Assembly (NCBI GenBank): GCA_943788235.1
Contig: CALSPM010000002.1
Coordinates: 469,983-533,982, forward strand
DNA length: 64,000 bases
Source of the DNA: an uncultured Cyclobacteriaceae bacterium
Lineage (GTDB): Bacteria; Bacteroidota; Bacteroidia; Cytophagales; Cyclobacteriaceae
Reading direction: 5' to 3'
Of this stretch, positions 8,737-18,537 are shown in pieces. Every line of letters starts with the position of its first letter. Within the stretch, counting starts at the first letter, position 1. The position numbers and the translations under genes are program-made. Below the pieces are notes generated by a model. It worked only from the letters and a program-made list of their open reading frames with translations. It was not told where the DNA came from and searched no databases.

Positions 8737-9354
8737 TTATTTGAGGAGAGATTTTTTGGAAATTTCCAGCTTTAACTCGTCAATTATCTCGTTGATGCTG
8801 CCGAATTCGCAAGCTTTTTTGAACGATAGAGGCAGTTTAGGTACAGCAAAATCAGTTTTAAACTTTATTTTATCTTGTTCTAATTTTGACTTTGCCCTAA
8901 AAAATAATTGCCGACAATGGTCTTTCTTTTTATCAAATATTTCCTGCAATTCTTCATATTCGACACTAAAGACTTCGCGCATCAAATAAATAGATTTCTC
9001 TAAAGGTTCTAATTTCTTATGTAAAACCTGCCAAGCTTCTCCCAATTGGGCATCCATATCAAAATTTAAAAAGGCTTTTATTTGTTGGCGGTCCACGAGC
9101 TCAAAATGATCTTCAGCAATAAAAGTTTTCTGAGAAATTTTATTCTTTAATGAAGTCAGGAATTTAACACTGTTGTTGCTTACAGATTTAATCAGGTAGG
9201 CTTTTGTGTTTTTGATGTTTTTGCGATCAATGGAAAGCCATTTTTCAAAGGTATCTTGAACAATATCTTCTGCATCTTCTATACTCCCTACGATTCTTAA
9301 GGCAATGCTCCGTAATAGCGGATGATATCTAAATATATCTTCTGAAGTATTCAT
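8737..9354 (-). CDS. RNA polymerase sigma-70 family (ECF-type) sigma factor
   Basis: Region-2-like EDAEDIVQDTFEKW and a region-4-like segment (SIYLMREVFSVEYEELQEIF). No adjacent anti-sigma gene. Confidence 0.65.
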   Translation of the reverse strand: MNTSEDIFRYHPLLRSIALRIVGSIEDAEDIVQDTFEKWLSIDRKNIKNTKAYLIKSVSNNSVKFLTSLKNKISQKTFIAEDHFELVDRQQIKAFLNFDMDAQLGEAWQVLHKKLEPLEKSIYLMREVFSVEYEELQEIFDKKKDHCRQLFFRAKSKLEQDKIKFKTDFAVPKLPLSFKKACEFGSINEIIDELKLEISKKSLLK

Positions 9355-9469
9355 TTATATGTACAAATAAAACAAGATTAAAGCAATCTGACAATAAAAT
9401 TAGGTGTTATAAAAATGCATATTAAAAACTTATTATTTGTAAATTAAGTTCCCGTATCCCTACTGACCC

Positions 9470-10060
9470 TTATAATTTTAATTTTTTATACAGAACCTTT
9501 TTGGATATCATAACAATTTGTCCCGGCATTAATGGGTGGAGCGCCAAGTCTTCAACCCCGACACGTATGAGTCTTAAGGTGGGGTGACCCACCTTGGCGG
9601 TCATTTTACGTACTTGCCTGTTTTTTCCCTCGGTTAAAATCACTTCAACCCAAGAGGTCTCGGGATGTTTAATTCTGTTGACTGAAGGACTTCGTTCGGG
9701 AAAATTATAATCCGTTAAAACACGTGCTTCAGCTTTTTTCGTTCGGTAGGATTTGCCATCAATAGTGATACGTAATCCCTCACTTAATGCTTTCAATGCT
9801 ACGGCAGAGGGCGTTCCCTCTACTTCGACATGATAGGTTCTCTTATGCTCATTCTCAGGATTTAGGAGGGCACTATTGAGCTTCTTGTCATTGGTTAAAA
9901 TCAATAACCCTTCAGAGTCAAGGTCCAGTCGACCTACCGCATAAATACCCTTAGGAATTCTAAAAATAGAACCTAACCCTTTATTTTCTGCCTCATCTGT
10001 GTGCTGACTGAGCACTTTGTAGGGTTTATTTATGATGAAATATCTTAAATTGTCTGCCAA
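9470..10060 (-). CDS. rluE: 23S rRNA pseudouridine synthase, RluE-like (RsuA/RluE family)
   Basis: YFIINKPYKVLSQ..DE, and the catalytic GRLDLDSEGLLILTND. The only in-frame start ahead of the conserved N-terminus is TTG at 10060. Confidence 0.75.
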   Translation of the reverse strand: MADNLRYFIINKPYKVLSQHTDEAENKGLGSIFRIPKGIYAVGRLDLDSEGLLILTNDKKLNSALLNPENEHKRTYHVEVEGTPSAVALKALSEGLRITIDGKSYRTKKAEARVLTDYNFPERSPSVNRIKHPETSWVEVILTEGKNRQVRKMTAKVGHPTLRLIRVGVEDLALHPLMPGQIVMISKKVLYKKLKL

Positions 10061-10071
10061 AGTATAATTAT

Positions 10072-10734
10072 ATGTTTTCTAAACGTGTGTTGCAATACTA
10101 CCATCAATTGAGCGAGCCCGCAAATCTTCCGAGTCATGTTGAAGTGTTGAACCCCTATCAAAACACGTATGCGCTGTCCTTATGCCAACAGTTTTATGAT
10201 AAATATTATTCGGATGACCAATCCAGAAAAATTCTTTTTGGCATCAACCCAGGTAGATTGGGTGCCGGTTTGACCGGCATTCCATTTACAGATCCTGTGG
10301 TACTTTCGGATAGATGCGGCATTCCCAATCATTTAAATCAAAGAGCAGAACTATCATCAAGCTTTATTTATCAGATGATCTCAATCTATGGAGGACCCGT
10401 ACCCTTTTACGCACGTTATTATATTTCAGCCCTCTCACCATTGGGCTATGTGAGCAAAGGCGTGAATCTTAATTATTATGATTTGCCCAATTATAAGATC
10501 TTATTTGAATCTTACATAGTCAACCAAATTAAAGCGCAATTGCACTTCAACATTGATCGTAGCGTAGCTTTCAGTGTGGGCAAAGGCAAAAACTTTGATT
10601 TTCTCTGTTACCTCAATAAAAAGCACCATTTTTTTGATGCGGTGGTCCCACTACCCCATCCTAGATGGGTCATGCAATATAAGTTGAAACATAAAAATGA
10701 TTTTATCTCTGCCTACATTGCTCAACTTAAATAA
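10072..10734 (+). CDS. uracil-DNA glycosylase superfamily protein (DUF4918/SMUG-like)
   Basis: FGINPGRLGAGLTGIPFTD near the N-terminus and PLPHPRW near the C-terminus. Family assigned from memory. Confidence 0.45.
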   Translation: MFSKRVLQYYHQLSEPANLPSHVEVLNPYQNTYALSLCQQFYDKYYSDDQSRKILFGINPGRLGAGLTGIPFTDPVVLSDRCGIPNHLNQRAELSSSFIYQMISIYGGPVPFYARYYISALSPLGYVSKGVNLNYYDLPNYKILFESYIVNQIKAQLHFNIDRSVAFSVGKGKNFDFLCYLNKKHHFFDAVVPLPHPRWVMQYKLKHKNDFISAYIAQLK

Positions 10735-10947
10735 AGAGGCATTCCCTTTGTTTTACTTGCGTGAGGTTATCACAGGTTCAGTAACAGTCAATCATCGATC
10801 CAGGTTTTCTAGCCATAATTCACATTCTTTATCCTGAGCGTAAATGAGGATGCTACCGTTCAGCCCTCTCCAATATATCTGAAAGAAAGCTTTATTGAAT
10901 ATTTTATTTTAAATCACTACATTTAACAAAATAATCACTTTTAAGAA

Positions 10948-11628
10948 ATGCAAATCACTTATTACGGGCATAATTCATTTTTATTCAAATCAGATGTCAG
11001 AATGCTGACTGATCCCTTCATCGCATCTAATCCAAAAGCAAAGCAAATCGTCATGGAGGATATAAAAGCAGATTATGTCTTGATCACCCATGGTCATGCG
11101 GATCATTTGGCCGATTTGAATATAATTCTGTCTCACAATGATGCCAAAATCATCGCTATGGTAGAAGTTGCCAGCTGGTTGGCCAAACAAGGGCATAGCC
11201 ATTCACACAGTTTAAATTTTGGTGGGACGTATCAGTTCTCCATGGGAACAACAGCTAAATATGTGCAAGCAGTACATTCAAGTAGCATGCCAGACGGAAG
11301 CTATGGGGGTCATCCGGGTTCTTTCATCCTTAAAACTGGAGGTAAAACTATTTTTATTGCAGGAGATACGGCCTTGCATTCTGACTTGAAATTATTTGGT
11401 GAACTTAATGATATCGACTTGGCCATCTTGCCTATCGGGGGCAATTATACTATGGATGCAGAAGATGCGGTACACGCAGCGAAATTTTTAGGCTGCAGTC
11501 AAATCATAGGCTGCCATTATGATTCCTTTCCTGAAATAACCATTGATCACGCAGCGGCTCAAAATCTATTTAAGTCTCATCAATTGAATTTGCAACTCAT
11601 GGCTGTAGGCGCCAGTATAACTCTTTGA
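10948..11628 (+). CDS. metal-dependent hydrolase, MBL fold (UPF0173 family)
   Basis: MQITYYGHNSF, and the THGHADH motif. Length about 226 aa. Confidence 0.75.
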   Translation: MQITYYGHNSFLFKSDVRMLTDPFIASNPKAKQIVMEDIKADYVLITHGHADHLADLNIILSHNDAKIIAMVEVASWLAKQGHSHSHSLNFGGTYQFSMGTTAKYVQAVHSSSMPDGSYGGHPGSFILKTGGKTIFIAGDTALHSDLKLFGELNDIDLAILPIGGNYTMDAEDAVHAAKFLGCSQIIGCHYDSFPEITIDHAAAQNLFKSHQLNLQLMAVGASITL

Positions 11629-11653
11629 TTTCTTCTAACTAAATTTCTATATC

Positions 11654-13147
11654 ATGAAAATTTTTTTAACCTTATGTTTATCTCTGGCCTTAGGCCTAAT
11701 CATGGCCCAGGAAGCTCCCTTAAATCTGCCCGATGCTGAAGTGACTACCTCACGTCAGCAGGTCGAAATAAATGGAAAAACCATCCAATTAATTGCCATA
11801 TCCGGTACTTATAAACTTCGGGATGAAGCAAATAAACCTTTGGCCTTGTTTGGCTATACCAGCTATATAAAAGACGGCGCCAAAAAAACTAGACCCATCG
11901 TTTTTGCTTTTAATGGAGGCCCTGGCTCTTCCTCTTTCTGGTTACACATGGGTGTATTAGGACCCAAGAGGATTACAGTAAATGATCCTGACTATACCTC
12001 GGCTGCCCCCTATCAAATTGTGAATAACAATTATTCCATTTTAGATATTGCAGATTTAGTGATGATTGATCCGGTAGGTACAGGATTGAGTGTTCCATTG
12101 GGAGCACATACCTTCAATGAATTTTGGGGTGTCGATCAAGACATCAGAAGTATCAGTCTATTCATTACCCAATATTTGATTGAACAAGGTCGCATGAATT
12201 CGCCAAAATTTCTCCTGGGAGAAAGCTATGGCACCTTTAGAAATGCCGGCATCATGGATCATATGCTCAATCAAGGCATTGCGATGAATGGAGTAATCAT
12301 GGTCTCCGCTGTTTTTGATCTAAGAACCCTTATTTTTCCACCCGATGATGATTTACCTTATCTTATGCATTTTCCCACTTATGCTGCTAGTGCCTGGTAC
12401 CACAATCAGATTCCTGATAAAGAGCCTAACTTGGACAAGTTTATTGATGAAATAAGAAGCTTCACAGAAAACAGTTATGCACCTGCCTTATTTAAAGGAG
12501 ACCGTATTTCTCCGGAACAAAAGAGTACCGTCGCGGGTCAACTGGCTCAGTATACAGGTTTGAGTAAAGACTACTGGCTAAAGTCCAACCTCAAGGTGAC
12601 GGGATCTGAGTATTTTGCAGAAGCCTTAAGATCAAAGGGTCTTATTATTGGAAGATTAGACTCAAGATATACAGGAATTAATCAAGATCTGATCTCACAA
12701 TTTGGAAGTCATGATCCTCAGAGCGCCGCCATTTCTCCCGCTTATATTACAGGCTTTTTAGATTATTTTCACAATACATTGGGCGTGAGAAAAGACTTAC
12801 AATATACCATTAGTGCCGGCCGCAGAGAAGGTTTCGAATGGGATTGGTATCACAAAGGTAACGAAAGATGGAATACACAAGCCGCAATCAATACCGCACC
12901 CGATATGGCCAGAGCCTTATCTCGAGATCCTAATATGAAAGTACTTATTCTTAATGGGTACTATGACATTGCTACCGTATTTTATGGAGTCGAGTATACA
13001 ATTGATCATCTTGGACTTACCCCTGAAATTCGTGATAATATCATCATGAAATACTATGAGGCGGGGCACATGATGTACACCCATCACCCCAGTCTTATCA
13101 AGTTCAAGGAAGATGTAGGGAGTTTTATCTTAGAACAGTCAAAATGA
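11654..13147 (+). CDS. secreted serine carboxypeptidase, peptidase family S10-like
   Basis: Signal peptide MKIFLTLCLSLALGLIMAQ, then NGGPGSSS and GESYG (catalytic Ser). Confidence 0.7.
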   Translation: MKIFLTLCLSLALGLIMAQEAPLNLPDAEVTTSRQQVEINGKTIQLIAISGTYKLRDEANKPLALFGYTSYIKDGAKKTRPIVFAFNGGPGSSSFWLHMGVLGPKRITVNDPDYTSAAPYQIVNNNYSILDIADLVMIDPVGTGLSVPLGAHTFNEFWGVDQDIRSISLFITQYLIEQGRMNSPKFLLGESYGTFRNAGIMDHMLNQGIAMNGVIMVSAVFDLRTLIFPPDDDLPYLMHFPTYAASAWYHNQIPDKEPNLDKFIDEIRSFTENSYAPALFKGDRISPEQKSTVAGQLAQYTGLSKDYWLKSNLKVTGSEYFAEALRSKGLIIGRLDSRYTGINQDLISQFGSHDPQSAAISPAYITGFLDYFHNTLGVRKDLQYTISAGRREGFEWDWYHKGNERWNTQAAINTAPDMARALSRDPNMKVLILNGYYDIATVFYGVEYTIDHLGLTPEIRDNIIMKYYEAGHMMYTHHPSLIKFKEDVGSFILEQSK

Positions 13148-13151
13148 GAAG

Positions 13152-13505
13152 CTAGCCCCTGCCTAGATGCACCTTTAAGGCAAGGATGTTTGCGGGACTG
13201 TTGCCTATGAAGATCTGTCCATCAACGATGAATACAGGACGTTTTAAAAAAGTATATTCCTGTTGGATCAGCTTTCGATAATCAGACTCTTGAAGGGTTT
13301 GATCTTCTAAATCTTTGTATTTGACCGCCCTTTTGGAGAAAAAAGCCTCATAGGTACCTGCAAGATCGCGCATCTGATCAATTTCATCAAAAGTAAGAGA
13401 CTGGAGTTTGATGTCTATTTTCTCAAACCCATGTAAAGCCTTATCTAAATCTTTCATGATACGGATACATGTGCTACAGGTACCCAAAAAATATATTTTT
13501 TTCAT
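13152..13505 (-). CDS. ArsC/Spx/MgsR-family (glutaredoxin-like arsenate reductase family) protein
   Basis: 117 aa. N-terminal MKKIYFLGTCSTC and C-terminal LKRPVFIVDGQIFIG. Confidence 0.65.
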   Translation of the reverse strand: MKKIYFLGTCSTCIRIMKDLDKALHGFEKIDIKLQSLTFDEIDQMRDLAGTYEAFFSKRAVKYKDLEDQTLQESDYRKLIQQEYTFLKRPVFIVDGQIFIGNSPANILALKVHLGRG

Positions 13506-13675
13506 AGTAAATGCTGATCTGGAAAGGTAAAAATAGCAGAAATAAAGGGATAGCTCACATTTTTAAAGTACTTAAGCTATTTGGCGTTTCACTGGTCACA
13601 TAAAGTGTCCCAATTTTTATTAAAAATGCTGAATTTACTTTAATTTGAAGTTTACTTTACATCAAACCCCAATAT

Positions 13676-14563
13676 ATGGAAATCGCAATACACAATTGGA
13701 TGCGTGCCGAAAGTATCAAAACCACCCTCGCCCGAATCGCAGGTCTTGGTTATGACAAAATTGAAATCCAAGGGAGTCCTGAATTATATGATCCTGCTCA
13801 GGTATTGCAATTACTGCAATCCCATAATTTAACCTGTTGGGGAGCTGTGACCTTGATGCTTGAAGATCGTAACTTGCTGGCCAGAGATGCCACACAAAGA
13901 AAAAAATCAATTCAATACGTCAAAGATGTTATACAAATGGTCCATCGATTGGAAGGTAACATGGTTTCTGTGGTGCCAGCTACAGTAGGTAAACTGATTC
14001 CGGAGGGTAAACCAGAAGACGAGTGGCTATTGGCGGTAGATGTGCTACAAGAAATTTATGATTATTCAGAAAATTTGGGTATTTCAATTGGTATTGAACC
14101 CATCAATAGATTTGAAACCTATTTCATCAACCGGACTGATCAAGCCCTGGCGTTGGCGACAGCCGTAGGTCCCAACTGTGGGGTATGTCTGGATACCTTC
14201 CACATGAATATTGAGGAAATAGATATGATAGAAGCCATCAAAAGTAGCAAAGATCGTTTGGTGGGTTTCCACGTAGCGGATAACAATCGGATGGCACCCG
14301 GAATGGGACATCTCCCATGGACCGATATCTTAGATGCCTTAAAAAGTATCCATTATAATCGTGTTCTTTCGGTTGAATTTTGTTCACCGTTGGACCGAAC
14401 CCCGGCCAACCCCTATCCCAATTCGATTGATGAACATCCTGAGAACTTGAGTCCTGAGCAAAGAAAGTTTTTGGAAGATCATGGCAGTTCGGCGGTAACA
14501 GAACATTTCTATCATATGCTGTCAGAAAAATCAATTCATTTTTTAAGAGAGCTTCTTTCATGA
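13676..14563 (+). CDS. sugar phosphate isomerase/epimerase (xylose isomerase-like TIM barrel)
   Basis: GYDKIEIQG, IGIEPINRFE, DTFHMNIEE and HVADNNR, typical of AP-endonuclease-2/xylose-isomerase-like barrels. Confidence 0.7.
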   Translation: MEIAIHNWMRAESIKTTLARIAGLGYDKIEIQGSPELYDPAQVLQLLQSHNLTCWGAVTLMLEDRNLLARDATQRKKSIQYVKDVIQMVHRLEGNMVSVVPATVGKLIPEGKPEDEWLLAVDVLQEIYDYSENLGISIGIEPINRFETYFINRTDQALALATAVGPNCGVCLDTFHMNIEEIDMIEAIKSSKDRLVGFHVADNNRMAPGMGHLPWTDILDALKSIHYNRVLSVEFCSPLDRTPANPYPNSIDEHPENLSPEQRKFLEDHGSSAVTEHFYHMLSEKSIHFLRELLS

Positions 14564-14768
14564 ACAAAGCCCATAGTAATACCATTAGCTATCAATGTCC
14601 CTTTAATGGGGGCATACACCCTACTGATGACATTTTTGTGTTTACTCTTTTAGGCGTGATACCCTTAAGTTTGATTTCACAGGATCATGGTCAAGCCGAA
14701 GCAACGAAAACCTACTTTAGCGTTAAGGTTCTTTAATATATTTTGATAAATTTAATTTATAAAACCCG

Positions 14769-15257
14769 ATGGCAAAAGCACTAAAAATCAACCATGTTGC
14801 CTTAATCGTAAAGGACTTGGAAGCCGCCTGTATTTTTTATGAAAAAGAGTTAGGATTGGAGCCCCTTCCCGCCTTTTTATTTGACTACCCTACGGCTTTT
14901 TTCAAATTCAATGATCAACAACAGTTGCATTTGACCGAATGGGAGGATACCCATTCGTTCCGAGGTCATATCTGTGTGCAAGTAGATGATATCAATACTC
15001 TGTTTTTTAGGATGAAAGCTCTGGGAATCATTGATATACAACCTTGGGGTAAAGTAAGACGACTTCCCGATGGAGCCATTCAAATGTTTGTTCGCGATCC
15101 CTCAGGAAATTTAGTTGAATTTTCTTCAGATCCAGAATATCCTATTGACCTTAAAATCTTTGAAGATGAGCTCTATCAAGAAGGTATTTATGTATCTGGA
15201 AGGAATGATTTTAGGGGCTATAAATCCAAAGATGCCACCTTGTATCACAAAAAATAA
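14769..15257 (+). CDS. VOC (glyoxalase/bleomycin-resistance/dioxygenase) family protein
   Basis: INHVALIVKDLEAACIFYEKELGL, ..H.C.QVDD, and RDPSGNLVEF. Confidence 0.7.
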   Translation: MAKALKINHVALIVKDLEAACIFYEKELGLEPLPAFLFDYPTAFFKFNDQQQLHLTEWEDTHSFRGHICVQVDDINTLFFRMKALGIIDIQPWGKVRRLPDGAIQMFVRDPSGNLVEFSSDPEYPIDLKIFEDELYQEGIYVSGRNDFRGYKSKDATLYHKK

Positions 15258-15353
15258 CCTAGATCAGAACATGGGGACCAGTGTGACCTTCCCAAGGCTT
15301 ATCAATTTATGGAGATGATTTTTTAAGTCTTGGGACCTTCTGACCTCCCAAAG

Positions 15354-16496
15354 CTAACCCAAGGAAAAAGGCTGCGGACTGAAGCACAAGAGGAAAATCA
15401 ATATCGCCACCCAACCAATTATATTTCTTTTTTCATCCAAGGGTGTATCTTCTACGGCTTTGGGATGGTAAACCCCTAAAAAACGTCCGATTAAAAACAC
15501 AAAGAGCAACCAACCATCATAACCCACTATCGCAGTAAAACTGGTCAATGCATATTGTAAGGCCAGCAATACCACTGCAAAGAACCAGCGATCTCTGGTC
15601 TCCGGAATCATCGAAGCCACCGCCAAATAGACAAAATAAAGATAGATCCCTACATAAGCCAAGAAACTAAAGACACTCTCCAGGGAGACGTCTGCTAGCA
15701 GATCTGGTGAAATCCAGCCCAGCCCTGCATAAAATAGAAATAAGGTATAAAAAACTTGATTGATTCTTTGGGCTATTTTGGAGCCAAATAAGCCAAAAAT
15801 GACATGGCCCCCATCCAGTTGACCAATGGGCAATAAATTGAGCGCTGTGAAAAACAAGGCCAAATAACCCGCCAAAATAAAGGGATAATGGATCATTTCA
15901 TTGGGATGGGGCAGCAAGTCGGGATCTGCAACATAGGTCTTAAAGAACCAAAAAATAGGATTTTCTCCCAACTGAAAAGCCACCCCTTCGCCTTCATAAA
16001 CATGATCAGCATAATCCAAACCATGTACCTCGTATTCGGGATGGATTTCAAAAATATACTCTGCAGGGGGTAAATGACTGAAGCCATACCATAACACCAA
16101 GAGGGCCATCACAAATCCAGCGATAGGTCCCGCCACTCCTACATCAAAATATTCTCGACGACTTTGAATTACTGCTTTAATACGAATGAATGCTCCCATT
16201 GTACCAAAAGAAGGCATTCCAGGGATAAAACCCAGCCACATGGGAATGTAATAAGGCAGGGTCACCTTGATCTGATTCATTCTGGCCACTACGTAATGCC
16301 CCATCTCATGAACGGTCAAAATCAGTAAAAAGGGGATAGAAAAATACAAACCATTCGTAAGCTCTTCTTGGGTCAAGGAATAATTGCCAATAAAGAGCCA
16401 CCGACCATACATCCACTCTGCTCCCGCTATCGTGGTGGTGATCACTGTGATGATAAAAAGGCCAGTATGAATCAATAACGTCTTTTGTTCTTTCAT
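15354..16496 (-). CDS. site-2 protease family (peptidase M50) membrane metalloprotease
   Basis: HEMGHYVVAR and LNLLPIGQLDGGH, with multiple TM segments. Its start overlaps the stop of the upstream HAD gene by 4 nt. Confidence 0.8.
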   Translation of the reverse strand: MKEQKTLLIHTGLFIITVITTTIAGAEWMYGRWLFIGNYSLTQEELTNGLYFSIPFLLILTVHEMGHYVVARMNQIKVTLPYYIPMWLGFIPGMPSFGTMGAFIRIKAVIQSRREYFDVGVAGPIAGFVMALLVLWYGFSHLPPAEYIFEIHPEYEVHGLDYADHVYEGEGVAFQLGENPIFWFFKTYVADPDLLPHPNEMIHYPFILAGYLALFFTALNLLPIGQLDGGHVIFGLFGSKIAQRINQVFYTLFLFYAGLGWISPDLLADVSLESVFSFLAYVGIYLYFVYLAVASMIPETRDRWFFAVVLLALQYALTSFTAIVGYDGWLLFVFLIGRFLGVYHPKAVEDTPLDEKRNIIGWVAILIFLLCFSPQPFSLG

Positions 16497-17116
16497 CTCA
16501 ATTGATCCAGAATTTGATCTGAATAGGTCACTAATATGGCTTGAATGCCACTGCCCTGAGCCGCGGATATATTTTCGAGGCGATCATCAAAAAATATGGT
16601 TTTTGCAGGATTTAAATTTTGCAGGTCAATGACCTTTTGGTAAATGTGAGGATCGGGCTTCCTCAGTCCCAATTCATATGAATAATAGGCCGTATGTACC
16701 ATATCTGCCATGGTTTTTGAAGGAATAAGCTCCCCTACACGTCGATCAAATGCTCTTTGATGGATGGCATTGGTATTGCTCAAAATCAATACGTTAAACT
16801 TTTCTTTTAACGCTAGCATCAAATGCAGCTTGTCCAGCTTAATGATACCCAAAAAAGAATTCCAGATGACTTCAAAAGAGGCTTGAGACAGTTCAATGGA
16901 CAACAATTCATTGACTACTTGACAAAATTCTGTATCTGTCATCTTACCCACCTCATAATCGATCAAATCTTGGGATTTAGAAATTAAGCGGATGATATCC
17001 TTTGCAGACTTATCCGAATACTTTTTAAACTGGTCGATGACCCTTTTTGAATCCAGGTCAATGATCACCTCTCCGAGGTCAAAAATAATGGTTTCAGTAT
17101 CTTTTAAATCGATCAT
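16493..17116 (-). CDS. HAD-IA hydrolase, YihX-like (alpha-D-glucose-1-phosphate phosphatase family)
   Basis: IIFDLGEVIIDLDSKRV matches the YihX-type motif I (FDLGNVIVDID in E. coli YihX, from memory). Also EVGKMTDTEF, ILSNTNAIH, LGLRKPDPHIYQ and IFFDD..NI.AA...GI. The start overlaps the last 23 nt of GH1. Confidence 0.65.
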   Translation of the reverse strand: MIDLKDTETIIFDLGEVIIDLDSKRVIDQFKKYSDKSAKDIIRLISKSQDLIDYEVGKMTDTEFCQVVNELLSIELSQASFEVIWNSFLGIIKLDKLHLMLALKEKFNVLILSNTNAIHQRAFDRRVGELIPSKTMADMVHTAYYSYELGLRKPDPHIYQKVIDLQNLNPAKTIFFDDRLENISAAQGSGIQAILVTYSDQILDQLR

Positions 17117-18509
17117 TCGTTTTTACTCCATTTACTTCAATGACTTTTTTGTACCAATTTGCAGAGGCTTTGGGAATACGTTCCAAGGTATCAAAATCTA
17201 CGTAATGTAAGCCAAATCGCTTCGCATAACCAGAGGCCCATTCAAAATTGTCCATCAGTGACCAGGCAAAATAGCCTTTTAATTTAATTCCATTTGAGAT
17301 CGCATCATGACAGGCATTGAGGTAGCCTTCATAATACGCAATGCGCTCATCATCATGGACCTTGCCCTCAACAGGAGCATCGGCATAAGCGCATCCATTT
17401 TCTGTGATATAGATGTCTGGCGCGTCGTATCGATCCGATATCCAGGTCAAAAGCTTTTGGCAACCCCAAGGAACTACGGCCCAACCCATCGCCGTTTTTT
17501 TCCAATTTGGGTCTACCGAAAGGTTAACATCTTGGTCCTCGGAGAGGCCGCCATTGCCATAAACGGAACTTACTTGCAAGTTGCCTTGAGCATCGGCAGC
17601 AAATAAGGTTGTATAATGATTTAAACCAAAAAAGTCACTGGAGCCCAGTAATAGGTCCCTTTCTTCTTCGGTAAACTGGGGCAGTCGATTTCCCAGACGA
17701 TCCACCATACTTTTGGGGTATTGTCCCAGATAAATAGGATCTGCAAACCAGGCCAGAAAGAATTCTAGGGCGCGCTCGGCAGCGGCTACATCTTCTTTTT
17801 TGTTCGTTAAGGGCTCCCGCCAATCACAGTTGTTGGTAATACCGATGACCCCCTTTTGTTGAGCCTGAAATTCTTCTCGATAACACCTCACCGCTTGCGC
17901 ATGGGCTCGAAGGAGGTTATGACCCGTCACATAGGGTTCAGACTTCGAGGTTCGACCGGGCGCAAAGGTGCCCATACCATAGCCTAAAATAGCTACTACC
18001 CAAGGTTCATTGAGGGTAATCCAATGTTTGACACGGTCTCCAAAGCGCGCAAAGCAAATCCTGGCGTAGGCTTCGAAATAATCAGCAATCTCCGCATTGA
18101 GCCAGCCATCTTCTTCCATCTGCAAGGCCAAGGGCAAGTCCCAATGATATAAAGTGACCCACGGTTCGATCCCTTGATCCAATAACTCATTGATCAGATC
18201 ATCATAAAATTGGAGGCCTTCAGCATTCACTTGGCCTTTACCCGAGGGCATAATGCGTGGCCAAGCTATCGAAAATCGATAGGCTTTCAGCCCCATAGCT
18301 TTCATCAATAACACATCTTCTCTCATAAGATGGTAGTGATCACAAGCACGATCTCCCCGATCTCCCTTCGCCACCCTACCGGGGACGGTACAGAAAGCAT
18401 CCCAAATCGAGGGGCCTTTTCCGGCTTCGTCTGCAGCACCTTCTATTTGATAAGAAGAGGTAGCTGATCCCCAAGTGAAATTTTCTGGAAAGTTATTCAT
18501 TGACTCCAT
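17094..18509 (-). CDS. GH1 beta-glucosidase, no signal peptide
   Basis: FTWGSATSSYQIEGA, TLNEPW (acid/base) and YITENG (nucleophile). ATG at 18509 is preferred over the track's TTG at 18548. Confidence 0.9.
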   Translation of the reverse strand: MESMNNFPENFTWGSATSSYQIEGAADEAGKGPSIWDAFCTVPGRVAKGDRGDRACDHYHLMREDVLLMKAMGLKAYRFSIAWPRIMPSGKGQVNAEGLQFYDDLINELLDQGIEPWVTLYHWDLPLALQMEEDGWLNAEIADYFEAYARICFARFGDRVKHWITLNEPWVVAILGYGMGTFAPGRTSKSEPYVTGHNLLRAHAQAVRCYREEFQAQQKGVIGITNNCDWREPLTNKKEDVAAAERALEFFLAWFADPIYLGQYPKSMVDRLGNRLPQFTEEERDLLLGSSDFFGLNHYTTLFAADAQGNLQVSSVYGNGGLSEDQDVNLSVDPNWKKTAMGWAVVPWGCQKLLTWISDRYDAPDIYITENGCAYADAPVEGKVHDDERIAYYEGYLNACHDAISNGIKLKGYFAWSLMDNFEWASGYAKRFGLHYVDFDTLERIPKASANWYKKVIEVNGVKTNDRFKRY

Positions 18510-18537
18510 TCCGAAACGATGTGTTATATTAAGCTGC

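Noticed and set aside
14238-14585. 115-aa minus-strand ORF
   Set aside because: It is antisense to the well-supported sugar phosphate isomerase/epimerase gene and has no motifs.
15291-15344. Imperfect inverted repeat CCCAAGGCTTA...TAAGTCTTGGG between the convergent VOC and M50 genes, as a possible bidirectional terminator
   Set aside because: The loop is 22 nt, the stem has one mismatch, and there are no clear flanking U-runs. That is too weak to call.
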